Shown one piece after another: positions 11,150 to 21,098 of a stretch of 64,000 nt of DNA. The stretch is from Roseibacillus sp. GTDB taxonomy: Bacteria; Verrucomicrobiota; Verrucomicrobiia; Verrucomicrobiales; Akkermansiaceae. The stretch is taken from positions 96,001 through 160,000 of the forward strand of contig CBDEUM010000034.1 of assembly GCA_965242925.1 (NCBI GenBank). The letters are read 5' to 3'. Under the pieces are notes generated by a model. It had not been told where the DNA came from, did no database searches, and saw only the letters and a list, made by a program, of their open reading frames with translations. Each line of letters opens with the position of its first letter. Within the stretch, counting starts at the first letter, position 1. The translations under genes were made by a program, and so were the position numbers.

Positions 11150-14100
11150 ATGAAACTCAATCTGCCGTTGATCAGCTGCGCAGCGATTTTGCTCAGCGCA
11201 TCATCCCAACTGAGTGCTACCATCGCACTCACCGTCCCTGCTGGAGCGACGTTCAATCAACACCACAATGGATTGCTTGGAATGGATTTCGATGTCAACG
11301 GGCCGGACGGGATTATCGTCACACGTCTGGGCGCCTTCGACTCGGGACAGGATGGCATTCTCGGGACGATCATTGTAGGAATCGTGGACCGCGCCACCGG
11401 AAACGTGGTGGGAGAAACCCTTTCGTTCTCCGGGGACGCCGGCGACGTTGTGGACGGGAGCCGCTTTCTCGCCCTCACCACGCCCCTGGTATTACCCAAT
11501 GGTTTTCAGGGTTCCATCACCGCGCAGGGCTACGGTCAGGAAGGCAACGGCAACGGGCAGGTCTCAACGATCGATGACGGCGACGGCTTGATCACGTTCG
11601 TGGGAGGAGCCCGCTGGGGCGGAGATGACCCCCTGACCCTGGCGACGAATGCTGATGGCGGCCCGGCCAATCGCTACTTTGCCGGCACCTTTGAATTCCT
11701 GAGCGAGGATCTGAGCGAGGACACCGATGGGGATGGGTTGCCCAATGCCTGGGAAGAGACCTTCGGCTTGAATCCCAGTGATCCTGACGATGCCGATGAT
11801 GACGGCGACGGCGATGGTCTGAACAACACGGAGGAGTTTGAGAACAACACCGATCCCACCGAGCGGGACACAGATGGTGATGACCTGACCGATGGTGAAG
11901 AGGTCAACACTGCCATGACCGATCCAACCAAGAGGGATAGCGACGGCGATGGCCTGTGGGACAGCGTTGAAACCAATACTCGCTCCTTTACGAGTTGGAC
12001 CGGTGATTTGGAAGATCCAGACGTTCCCCAAACAGGGGACACCGGATCCGATCCCAATGATACCAATACCGACGATGACGGGTTTTCAGACGGCGCGGAA
12101 GTCGCCGCGGGCTTTGACCCGAATGATCCGAACAGCGGTCCGCCGTCATCCCAACTGAGTGCTGCCATCGCACTCACCGTCCCCGCTGGAGCGACGTTCA
12201 ATCAACACCACAATGGATTGCTGGGAATGGATTTCGATGTCACCGGGCCGGACGGGATCATCGTCACACGTCTGGGCGCCTTCGACTCGGGGCAGGATGG
12301 AATTCTCGGGACGATCAATGTAGGAATCGTGGACCGCGCCACCGGAAACGTGGTGGGAGAAACCCTTTCGTTCTCCGGGGACGCCGGCGACGTTGTGGAC
12401 GGCAGCCGCTTTCTCGCCCTCACCACGCCCCTCATATTACCCAATGGTTTTCAGGGTTCCATCACGGCGCAGGGCTACGGTCAGGAAGGCAACGGCAACG
12501 GGCAGGTCTCAACGATCGATGACGGCAATGGCTTGATCACGTTCGTGGGAGGAGCTCGCTGGGGCGGAGATGACCCCCTGACCCTGGCGCCGAATGCTGA
12601 TGGCGGCCCGGCGAATCGCTATTTTGCCGGCACCTTTGAATTCCTGAGCGAGGACACCGATGGGGATGGGTTGCCTGATGCCTGGGAAGAGACCTTCGGC
12701 TTGAATCCCAGTGATCCTGACGATGCCGATGATGACGGCGACGGCGATGGTCTGAACAACACGGAGGAGTTTGAGAACAACACCGATCCCACCGAGCGGG
12801 ACACGGATGGTGATGACCTGACCGATGGTGAAGAGGTCAACACTGCCATGACCGATCCAACCAGGAGGGATAGCGACGGCGATGGCCTGTGGGACAGCGT
12901 TGAAACCAATACTCGCTCCTTCACGAGTTGGACCGGTGATTTGGAAGATCCAGATGTTCCCCAAACAGGGGATACCGGATCCGATCCCAATGATACCAAT
13001 ACCGACGATGACGGGTTTTCAGACGGCGAGGAGGTCGCGGCAGGCTTTGACCCGAATGATCCGGACAGCGGTCCGTCGCTCTCCTTCCAAGGCATGCTGG
13101 CGATCGACTACCTGGAGCCAGGAGTCGGAACGCAGGAATTTGCGGAAGGACTGGGACACGACTTCCTCGTGATCGGCGAGGCGATCGAAGTCACCGCGCT
13201 TGGCGTATTCGACAGTGGGGCGGATGGTCTCAACCGGGAGCTCACCTCCGAGCTCTGGGTGCGGGACGACAACAACTTGGGGACGTCGTTGCTGGCATCC
13301 CTCTCCTTCGTCCCGGGGGCACCCGGGCTGCTGCACCATTCGAACCGGATCAAATCTCTCCCCATCCCACTCGTCCTCGAGCCGGGCGCCTACACAATTG
13401 TCGGTCGGGGCTATGGGGCGGGTGAGCCGAACGGGAATACCGGTGGTCCTGGATCAGACCTCAAGCCCATCAATGATGGAGGCGGACGGATCGAGTTCGT
13501 GGGCGGTGCCCGTTGGGGGGGCGGTGGGATTGGTGGCGCCGTTGGATTCCCACAAAATGTTGATGGCGGACCGCCGGTGCGCTATGCGGCGGGGACCTTT
13601 GCCTTCCGGACTGAGCCGCCGCCTAAATTGTTCTGGCGAATTTCCTCGAGCGGGGACGATCTCATCTTCGAGTGGGAGAGCAGATTAGGGAAGGTCTACG
13701 ACATCTTAAGCAACGACGATCTCTCCGATCACCCGGCAGCAGGCTGGCCCCTCTTCCGCGGAGACATTGCCGGGACCCCTCCCTTGAATGTCGAGACCTC
13801 CCTTCGCCCCCCCGACGAAAAACGCTACTTCGTGCTGGTCGAGAGGGACGGTCCGCCTCTTTTCGAAGATGATTTTGAGACTGACAAAGGGTGGACCGCG
13901 ATCGTGAACGATGCCAACGGCAATACCAACTGGGAGCGCGGCACCCCCGGCGGCAGCACTGGACCGCTCACCGGCGCCGATGGCTCCGCCAATGCCTGGT
14001 CCACCAACCAGGGAGACTACGGACCGGATTCCGACATCGCCCTGCGCTCGCCGCTTATTGATTTGACCGGTATTCCGACCGCCGAATTGTCCCTCGACGC

Positions 14101-14353
14101 CTTCAGGGACGCCGATGGCTTCGCCGACACCGCCTCGGTGCGCTTTCTGGACGCAACCGGCCTCACCCAGTTGGGGTTCGAGCACCCCATCGACATGACT
14201 GTCTTCGACGGTGACTGGACCAACCTGGTCATCCCGGTGGCACCAGAAGCCCTCGGGGAGAGCATCATCATCGAAATCAATTTTATCAGCGACAACAGCG
14301 AGGACACCTTCAGCGGGCTCTCCATTGACAACGTCAGCGTGAGTGCCGAGTAG
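11150..14353 (+). CDS. Secreted protein: two tandem (beta domain + TSP3-like repeats) units, a third domain copy and a C-terminal beta-sandwich; paralog of 4302..6581
   Basis: Signal peptide almost identical to that of PEP-CTERM B; DTDGDGLP repeats; C-terminal ~160 aa closely match the 4302 gene. Confidence 0.9.
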   Translation: MKLNLPLISCAAILLSASSQLSATIALTVPAGATFNQHHNGLLGMDFDVNGPDGIIVTRLGAFDSGQDGILGTIIVGIVDRATGNVVGETLSFSGDAGDVVDGSRFLALTTPLVLPNGFQGSITAQGYGQEGNGNGQVSTIDDGDGLITFVGGARWGGDDPLTLATNADGGPANRYFAGTFEFLSEDLSEDTDGDGLPNAWEETFGLNPSDPDDADDDGDGDGLNNTEEFENNTDPTERDTDGDDLTDGEEVNTAMTDPTKRDSDGDGLWDSVETNTRSFTSWTGDLEDPDVPQTGDTGSDPNDTNTDDDGFSDGAEVAAGFDPNDPNSGPPSSQLSAAIALTVPAGATFNQHHNGLLGMDFDVTGPDGIIVTRLGAFDSGQDGILGTINVGIVDRATGNVVGETLSFSGDAGDVVDGSRFLALTTPLILPNGFQGSITAQGYGQEGNGNGQVSTIDDGNGLITFVGGARWGGDDPLTLAPNADGGPANRYFAGTFEFLSEDTDGDGLPDAWEETFGLNPSDPDDADDDGDGDGLNNTEEFENNTDPTERDTDGDDLTDGEEVNTAMTDPTRRDSDGDGLWDSVETNTRSFTSWTGDLEDPDVPQTGDTGSDPNDTNTDDDGFSDGEEVAAGFDPNDPDSGPSLSFQGMLAIDYLEPGVGTQEFAEGLGHDFLVIGEAIEVTALGVFDSGADGLNRELTSELWVRDDNNLGTSLLASLSFVPGAPGLLHHSNRIKSLPIPLVLEPGAYTIVGRGYGAGEPNGNTGGPGSDLKPINDGGGRIEFVGGARWGGGGIGGAVGFPQNVDGGPPVRYAAGTFAFRTEPPPKLFWRISSSGDDLIFEWESRLGKVYDILSNDDLSDHPAAGWPLFRGDIAGTPPLNVETSLRPPDEKRYFVLVERDGPPLFEDDFETDKGWTAIVNDANGNTNWERGTPGGSTGPLTGADGSANAWSTNQGDYGPDSDIALRSPLIDLTGIPTAELSLDAFRDADGFADTASVRFLDATGLTQLGFEHPIDMTVFDGDWTNLVIPVAPEALGESIIIEINFISDNSEDTFSGLSIDNVSVSAE
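11201..13075 (+). repeat. Near-identical intragenic tandem duplication, period 945 bp
   Basis: tcatcccaactgagtgc starts at both 11201 and 12146. The copies differ by scattered substitutions and a 12-nt indel (LSEDLSED versus LSED). Confidence 0.92.
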
Positions 14354-14478
14354 ATCTCGACTGACCAAATAATCAACAAACCTTGCCAGGCGGTGAAGTC
14401 CACAGGCATTCACAAGTTTGCCGTGCGGTGTCTGTTGGAATTTTCGGGAAAGCAGTCTATGCTTCCCCGGTCCCCCTG

Positions 14479-17400
14479 ATGCACCCTCCCTTCCGTCTGC
14501 TCTTCTGTCGAGTCCCCCAATTGGTGGCGACCCGAATGGTGGCTTGCCTGCTATTCGGAACAGCACCGCTTTTGGCCAATCCCTTCATCTCCGAGTTTAT
14601 GGCGGACAATGGCTCCACCCTGGCCGATGAGGACGGCGAGTTTCCGGACTGGATCGAGATTACCAACAGCGGAACGGAGCCGGTCGATCTCGCCGGCTGG
14701 CACCTCACCGACGACGAGACCAAGCCCACCAAGTGGACGTTCCCCGGTCCCGCCTCACTGGCAGGAGGGCAGTCGCTGGTCGTCTTCGCGTCGGGCAAGA
14801 ACCGCCACCGACCTGGCAGACCCCTCCACACCAACTTCGCTCTCAATCAAAGCGGAGAGTTCCTGGCCCTGGTGGCCCCGGATGGCGCCACGCTGGCAAG
14901 CCGCTTCTCGCCCTACCCCCCCCAGGAACTCGACCTCTCCTACGGAGTGGGACTGGGTCCCGCGGCTGTGACCACTCTCCTGATTGAGGACGACTCCCAG
15001 GCCCTCCTGCTGGTTCCCTCCGGCCCGGTTGACGACTCCTGGCGGGGCGGAGAACCCTTCAATGAAAACTCCTGGACCCCCGTGCAACTGGGCGTGGGCT
15101 TCAACACCGGGGGTGGCGCGGTGATCGGTGGGGGAGGGGGGGAAACCACCATCGCCTACGGCGTGGCGGATGGGACCTCCGGCACGCAGGTATTCGGGGG
15201 AGGACTGGGGATGGACTTCGCCGTCCTCGAGTCAATCTCGGTGAAAAAGCTCGGTGTCTTCGATGACGATTCGGACGGACTGAACCGCACCATTACGGCC
15301 GAGCTTTGGTCGCGGGACGGCAACGGTAGCGGCATCGTGCTGGCCAGCGAAACCTTCACTTCCGGCAACCCCGGAACCCTCGAAGCGGGTCATCGCTTCA
15401 AGTCCCTTTCCTCCCCGCTCACGCTGGAACCGGGCCCCTACACCATCGTGGCCCACGGCTACGGAGGTGATGAACGCAATGGCAACTCGGGCGGCAACGG
15501 GGACTTTGCCACCTCGAACGACGGAGGGGGCCTGATCCAGTTCGTGGGCTCCAGCCGCTTCGGCTCTGCGGGCGGGGCCTGGCCGGATAGCGAGGACGGG
15601 GGCGGACCGGCCCGCTACGGGGCAGGCACCTTCACCTTTGCGGCCGTCGGCGACAGCCTGATTCGGACCGATCTGGAATCCGGGATGCATGGCCAGAACG
15701 CCTCCGCTCTGTTGCGGATCCCCTTTTCCTACGCCGGACCGGAACTTGCTACCACTCTCACTCTTGAGATCGCCTACGACGATGGATTCACCGCCTGGCT
15801 CAACGGCCAGCTACTCACTTCGCGCAATGCCTCCACCGATCCCGCTTGGAACAATGTCGCCAGCGCTGCAGGGAATGCGGTGGAGACCATCGTGCTGCCC
15901 TCGACCGCCTTGACGATTGGCGACAACGTTCTCGCCGTCCAGGGAATGAACCTGCATGGAGACGATCCGGACTTCATGGTTGCTCCCCAACTCTCCGCCG
16001 CTTTCTCCCGCTTCGAACGTCTCTACTTCTCCAATCCAACCCCCGGCCAACCCAACGGCCAGGGCGAGCAAGGCACCGGGATCGTGATCAACGAAATCCA
16101 CTACGACCCCTCTTCAGACACCGCACCGGCCGAGTTCCTCGAACTCTACAACGCGGGAGCGCGCACGGTGAATCTCACCGGATGGCGCCTGACCGGGGCG
16201 GTGGACTACACCTTCCCGGCCAACACCGGACTGGCCCCTGACCGCTACCTCGTGGTGGCTCTGAATGCGCCCTTCTTCGAGGCGGAGTTCAGCGGGGTTC
16301 CGGTTCACGCGCCCTTCCTGGGCCGGCTCAGCAACAACGGGGAAACCGTGGAGCTGCGCAACAACCTCGATGAAGCCATCGACAGGGTGAATTACGCCGT
16401 GGGCGCACCCTGGCCCGTGGCGGGCAACGATCCCTATCCCTCGATCCAACTGCTCCATCCCGGGCAGGACAATGATTTGGCGGGCAGTTGGCGAGCCGCT
16501 CCACCTACGCCGGGAGCACTCAACGCCGTCTTCTCAGTCGATACTCCACCACAGGTGCGCCAGGTCAATCACCTGCCTCTCGCCCCCGCCAGCGGGGAAG
16601 AAGTGGTGGTCAGCTGTAAGGTCACTGATCCCGATGGGGTGGCCTCGGTCACGCTGGAATACCAGACCGTGCTGCCGGGGCGCTACCTTCGCCTCAGCGA
16701 CGCTACCTTTGAGACAAGCTGGGATAGGCTGCCGATGTCACTCCTTCCCACTGGCCAGAGCACCTATCAGGCGACCCTGCCCGCCGACCTCCAGCGCCAC
16801 CGTCAACTTATTCGCTACCGCATCGTGGCTGAAGATTCCTTCGGGGCAACCGTGAGGCTTCCGCTGCCCAGCGACCCCTCCGTCAACTTTGCCTACTTCG
16901 TCTACAATGGCGTCCCGGGTTGGCGGGGAGCCATCATTCCGGGCGAAACTCCCGTTCTCGATTTCAGTGCGGAGGCAATGAACCACCTTCCGACCTACCA
17001 TCTCATCGCGAATGCTGAGGACGTGAGCGCGTCCCAGTACAACCGCTCCTTCAACGACAAGGTCTACCGCTTCGAAGGGGCCCTGGTCTACGACGGTGTA
17101 GTTTATGACCACATGCGCTACCGTGTTCGCGGTCATGGCTCGACCTACAACACCGGAAAGAACAAGTGGAAGCTGCGTTTCAATCGCGGACACCTCTTCC
17201 AGGGACGCGACGACTACGGGCGCCCCTACCGGGAAAAGGTGCGAACCCTGAACTGGAGCGCTCTCTCCAGCCCCTGGAACCCCGCCAATCGCGGAGCAGC
17301 TGGATTGGATGAAGCGCTGGCCTTCCGGCTCTGGCGCATGGCCGGCATCCCTGCTGCCAACACCAACTATTTCCATCTTCGTATCATCGACGGCGCGCGG

Positions 17401-19518
17401 GAGACGAACCGGGGAAATCAGTTCGAAGGCGACAACTGGGGTCTCTATCTCGCCCTTGAGCAAACGGACCGCCGTTTTCTCGACGAGCGCGGGTTACCCG
17501 ATGGGAATACCTTCAATATGCACTTTGGCTCGAGCAACATCGTCAATCAGGCTTACCGCCAGCCGTCCAACCGCAGCGACCTCTTCACATTCAACGGAGC
17601 CAGCTCCCGGGGATACAATCGAGCTAATCCGGTGCAACCGGTGGCCTGGTGGAATCGCACGGTGGACCTGGAAAGCTACTTTTCCTATCGGGCGATTCTG
17701 GAAGCGGTCAATCACTCCGACCTGCGCGACAAGGAAAACTCCATCCTTTACCACGACCCCACCAAACGGCGGTGGACCATGATCCCGTGGGACGTTGACC
17801 TGCTCTACGAAGAGTTCGATCGCTGGGGGCCAAACGCGGTGCAAAGCCCCGCCACCCTCGAGCAATTCCGCAAGGCGCTCACTCATCCCGAGATCAACAT
17901 CCGCTTTCAAAACCGCGCCCGGGAGTTGCAGGACCTTCTCCTCAATAGCGACCAGGGATGGACTCTCGTCGACGAATTGGCCAGCGTTCTGGGCAGCTCC
18001 GACGGCAATCTCGGCATGGCGGAATTGGACGCTGCCCGTTGGAATGGAGATCCGCAGACAAGACGGGTCGAGGGATCGAGTCCCAATCCGAAAGCCTACT
18101 TCTTCATGAACCCCTACACCTCGACGCGCTTCCCCGCCAAGAGGCGCACCCTCATTTCCGGAGACTTCCCGGGCATGGTGGACTGGGTGAAAAAGTTCAT
18201 TGTGCCACGGGGCTTTGGCGGGGGGCGACTCCGCGACATGACGCGGGATTCCCGCATTCCGGAGACACCAGTCATCTCCTACACCGGATCGAACGGCTTC
18301 CCGGCGGTTGGGTTGCGACTCAGGAGCAACGCCTTTGCACCTGGAAACGGGGGCGCGTCATTCGCGGCCATGGAATGGCGCATCGGTGAGGTCCGTCATC
18401 CGGACGTGCCTGGTTTCGAGGAAGGAGAACCGTGGCGCTATGAGATCGAGGCCACCTGGAGCTCGGGCGAATTAAATGTCTTTCAAGACGAGATCGCGGT
18501 GCCCGCTGTCGCGGTGCAAGTCGGTCGCCTCTATCGAGGCCGGGTGAGACACCGGGGTGACGACGGGCGCTGGAGTCATTGGTCCGCCCCCCTGGAATTC
18601 ACGACCGCGAATCCCGATCTCCAACCCTACCTGACGGGTCTCGTAATCAGCGAGGTGATGTATAATCCCGCCGATGATAATCAGGAACTCGAGTTCATTG
18701 AAGTGCGAAACGTGGGGCCGTCCACCCTTGATCTCTCAGACGTGCGCTTCAGCAACGGGATTGAGTTCTCCTTTGCGGCCTCGAGCATCACAAGTCTGGC
18801 GGCTGGCAGCAGGGCCCTGGTAGTGCGCAACGAGGCCGTCTTCGAAGCGCATTACGGTGCCAATCTGCCCGTGGCAGGCGAATATCGCCTCTCCGCCTCC
18901 AACAATCTGAGTAATGCCGGGGAACGCGTGACGCTCTCCCTGGGCGCAGACAGCATTATCCGGGATTTCAGCTATCGCGACAACCGACCCTGGCCAAGCG
19001 GTGCCGACGGCACGGGCTACTCGCTGGTCCTGAGGGCACCCGAATCCCTCCCCGATCACAGCCTCGCCGTCAACTGGCGCAGCAGCGCCCTGCCCGACGG
19101 TAATCCTGGCAGCTCCGATGCCCTTCCTGAGTTCACCGGCGATCCCCACCGGGACGACGATCAAGATGGCCTGATGGCTCTCCTGGAACACGCCCTGGGT
19201 GGCGATCCCGCCACCGCCGAGTCCGAATTGGTTCCTGCCGCTTCCGTCATGAACCTCGAAGTGGAGGGCACCTTTGACAATTACCTCACCATCAGTGCCC
19301 GGCGGATGTTGGGGGCCGACGACGTGACCCTCATCGCGCAGATCAGCGGGAACCTCGTCGACTGGTCGAGCGCTCCGGAGCGCGTGGTCCTGGTGAGCGA
19401 GGTCCCGAATGCAGATGGCACTTCGATCATGACCTGGCGCAGCGCCCGTCCTATGGCGGAGGCTCCCCAGGAGTTTCTGCGAATTGAAGCTTCCATTCAG
19501 CGGATCCCACTCAGGTAG
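14479..19518 (+). CDS. Large secreted LTD/CotH kinase multidomain protein
   Basis: Three LTDs (ISEFMADN, INEIHYDP, ISEVMYNP), a CotH region (YRVRGHGS, KWKLRFN, WGLYLALEQ, IPWDVD) and one copy of the repeated beta domain. Start is uncertain (14479 or 14536). Confidence 0.88.
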   Translation: MHPPFRLLFCRVPQLVATRMVACLLFGTAPLLANPFISEFMADNGSTLADEDGEFPDWIEITNSGTEPVDLAGWHLTDDETKPTKWTFPGPASLAGGQSLVVFASGKNRHRPGRPLHTNFALNQSGEFLALVAPDGATLASRFSPYPPQELDLSYGVGLGPAAVTTLLIEDDSQALLLVPSGPVDDSWRGGEPFNENSWTPVQLGVGFNTGGGAVIGGGGGETTIAYGVADGTSGTQVFGGGLGMDFAVLESISVKKLGVFDDDSDGLNRTITAELWSRDGNGSGIVLASETFTSGNPGTLEAGHRFKSLSSPLTLEPGPYTIVAHGYGGDERNGNSGGNGDFATSNDGGGLIQFVGSSRFGSAGGAWPDSEDGGGPARYGAGTFTFAAVGDSLIRTDLESGMHGQNASALLRIPFSYAGPELATTLTLEIAYDDGFTAWLNGQLLTSRNASTDPAWNNVASAAGNAVETIVLPSTALTIGDNVLAVQGMNLHGDDPDFMVAPQLSAAFSRFERLYFSNPTPGQPNGQGEQGTGIVINEIHYDPSSDTAPAEFLELYNAGARTVNLTGWRLTGAVDYTFPANTGLAPDRYLVVALNAPFFEAEFSGVPVHAPFLGRLSNNGETVELRNNLDEAIDRVNYAVGAPWPVAGNDPYPSIQLLHPGQDNDLAGSWRAAPPTPGALNAVFSVDTPPQVRQVNHLPLAPASGEEVVVSCKVTDPDGVASVTLEYQTVLPGRYLRLSDATFETSWDRLPMSLLPTGQSTYQATLPADLQRHRQLIRYRIVAEDSFGATVRLPLPSDPSVNFAYFVYNGVPGWRGAIIPGETPVLDFSAEAMNHLPTYHLIANAEDVSASQYNRSFNDKVYRFEGALVYDGVVYDHMRYRVRGHGSTYNTGKNKWKLRFNRGHLFQGRDDYGRPYREKVRTLNWSALSSPWNPANRGAAGLDEALAFRLWRMAGIPAANTNYFHLRIIDGARETNRGNQFEGDNWGLYLALEQTDRRFLDERGLPDGNTFNMHFGSSNIVNQAYRQPSNRSDLFTFNGASSRGYNRANPVQPVAWWNRTVDLESYFSYRAILEAVNHSDLRDKENSILYHDPTKRRWTMIPWDVDLLYEEFDRWGPNAVQSPATLEQFRKALTHPEINIRFQNRARELQDLLLNSDQGWTLVDELASVLGSSDGNLGMAELDAARWNGDPQTRRVEGSSPNPKAYFFMNPYTSTRFPAKRRTLISGDFPGMVDWVKKFIVPRGFGGGRLRDMTRDSRIPETPVISYTGSNGFPAVGLRLRSNAFAPGNGGASFAAMEWRIGEVRHPDVPGFEEGEPWRYEIEATWSSGELNVFQDEIAVPAVAVQVGRLYRGRVRHRGDDGRWSHWSAPLEFTTANPDLQPYLTGLVISEVMYNPADDNQELEFIEVRNVGPSTLDLSDVRFSNGIEFSFAASSITSLAAGSRALVVRNEAVFEAHYGANLPVAGEYRLSASNNLSNAGERVTLSLGADSIIRDFSYRDNRPWPSGADGTGYSLVLRAPESLPDHSLAVNWRSSALPDGNPGSSDALPEFTGDPHRDDDQDGLMALLEHALGGDPATAESELVPAASVMNLEVEGTFDNYLTISARRMLGADDVTLIAQISGNLVDWSSAPERVVLVSEVPNADGTSIMTWRSARPMAEAPQEFLRIEASIQRIPLR

Positions 19519-19521
19519 AGA

Positions 19522-21003
19522 TTATTGGGAGCGTTTTTTGCGGTTTTTTCTTACCGCAGGGAACTTGGGTGCACCGCCAAGGTACTTGGGCCGGTCGAAA
19601 GCCTCTGCGCCTTTGCCAAGCACCCTTGGGTCGTGAGTCGCTTTGAGGGCGCTCTCCAGGGTGTCCTTAAGTTGGTTCAGGACTTCTGAGCTTTCAGGGC
19701 TATCCGCAATATTGTGCAGTTGATCCGGATCTTTCCTGAGGTCGTAGAGTTCAAGGGCCGGCCGTTTGGAAAAGGAGAGATCGTATTTCATCCGGTATTC
19801 TTCGTTCTTGTCCCTATTATCGACCATATGAGTCTTGGTCGGCCCGTTATCGCAGTCCGCAAGCCATGCGCCCGGGATGGTGGCAATTTTGTGATTCGGA
19901 GTCCCCGCGGGCCAGCGGTCGGGCCGAAAATTCCGGATGAAGAGGTGATCGTAAGTGCGGATGGCACGCATGGGAGTGCCTCCGGTGTCGGGAGCCTCCT
20001 GAGCAAGAACGTGCCGTTCCTTGCCCATGATCACATGATCGCGAATCCCCGGTTGGATCCTCCCGCTTCCAGGGTCCCTGAAAATCGGCATCAAACTGCG
20101 TCCAGTCATGGCTTCGAGGGGGTCCAGGCCGGCTGCCTCAAGAAAGGTCGGAGCGAGATCGGTAGTGCTTACGAAGTCGTCGACCACGCGACCCCTTTTG
20201 ATCACCTTGGGCCATTGGATTGCCAATGGCACACGCGCGCCAGAATCGTAGAGGTTCGATTTGCAGCGGGGGAAGGGCATGCCGTGATCTCCGGTGACTA
20301 CAACAATGGTATTTTCAAGAACCTTCAGCGCCTTGAGCCTGGCGAGAAACTGTCCGAGTTCGCGATCGAAGCGCTGCACCTCAAAGTAATAGTCGGCGAC
20401 GTCTCCGCGAATCTCCGGGCTGTCCGGGTAGTGCTTGAAGAGTTGGATTTCGCTGAGATTCATTCCACTCTCCCTGCCCGAGTGCAATTTGTAACCCCGG
20501 TGGGGATCACTGGCGCCGAACCAGAAGCAGAAGGGGTTTCCTTCATCCTTCTCCCTCCATTCATCTAAAAAGGCCTCGGGATTCTTGAAGCGCTTTCCGG
20601 AGGGGTAGCGTTTCCAGTTGGAGGCATTGCCCGGACCCCAGGACTTGCGCCAGCTACCCGTGAAGTAGCCCTTGTCCTCGAGAAGGTGGGGATAAGTCTG
20701 ATGCCTGGTGTCGAGAACACTCCAGAGGTTGCCTCCGCCTCCCAGTCGCCAATGGTATTGGCCGGTCAGGATGGCATTGCGGGAGGGAGTGCAGGAGGGA
20801 GAGGAAATATAGGCGTGGTGAAAGAGGATTCCATTTCTGGCAATGGCATCGAAGGTGGGCGTCTGGCAGACCTTATCATTTCCATAGATGCTGGCGTGGG
20901 GCCAGCCCCAGTCGTCGGCGATCGCGAAGACGATGTTGGGACGGTCGGCTGCGGCCAGAGCGGAGAAAACGACAAAATAGAGAATCGCAATACGGCCAGC
21001 CAT
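19522..21003 (-). CDS. Sulfatase (formylglycine-dependent, S1)
   Basis: PNIVFAIADD, CTPSR motif, GDHG, ELYDL. Confidence 0.95.
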   Translation of the reverse strand: MAGRIAILYFVVFSALAAADRPNIVFAIADDWGWPHASIYGNDKVCQTPTFDAIARNGILFHHAYISSPSCTPSRNAILTGQYHWRLGGGGNLWSVLDTRHQTYPHLLEDKGYFTGSWRKSWGPGNASNWKRYPSGKRFKNPEAFLDEWREKDEGNPFCFWFGASDPHRGYKLHSGRESGMNLSEIQLFKHYPDSPEIRGDVADYYFEVQRFDRELGQFLARLKALKVLENTIVVVTGDHGMPFPRCKSNLYDSGARVPLAIQWPKVIKRGRVVDDFVSTTDLAPTFLEAAGLDPLEAMTGRSLMPIFRDPGSGRIQPGIRDHVIMGKERHVLAQEAPDTGGTPMRAIRTYDHLFIRNFRPDRWPAGTPNHKIATIPGAWLADCDNGPTKTHMVDNRDKNEEYRMKYDLSFSKRPALELYDLRKDPDQLHNIADSPESSEVLNQLKDTLESALKATHDPRVLGKGAEAFDRPKYLGGAPKFPAVRKNRKKRSQ

Positions 21004-21098
21004 GGGGCGACTCTAGGCGAGATCCGGGGAAGAAAAATCAGATTCTGCTACCCTGATCGCCAAGGAAAAGATGCCCCTGCGCTGGCGATCAGAACCCT

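Noticed and set aside
7626..13075. Diversity-generating retroelement (template/variable repeat) explanation for the near-identical repeats
   Set aside because: No reverse transcriptase in the window; all copies are coding, and the differences are not confined to adenines.
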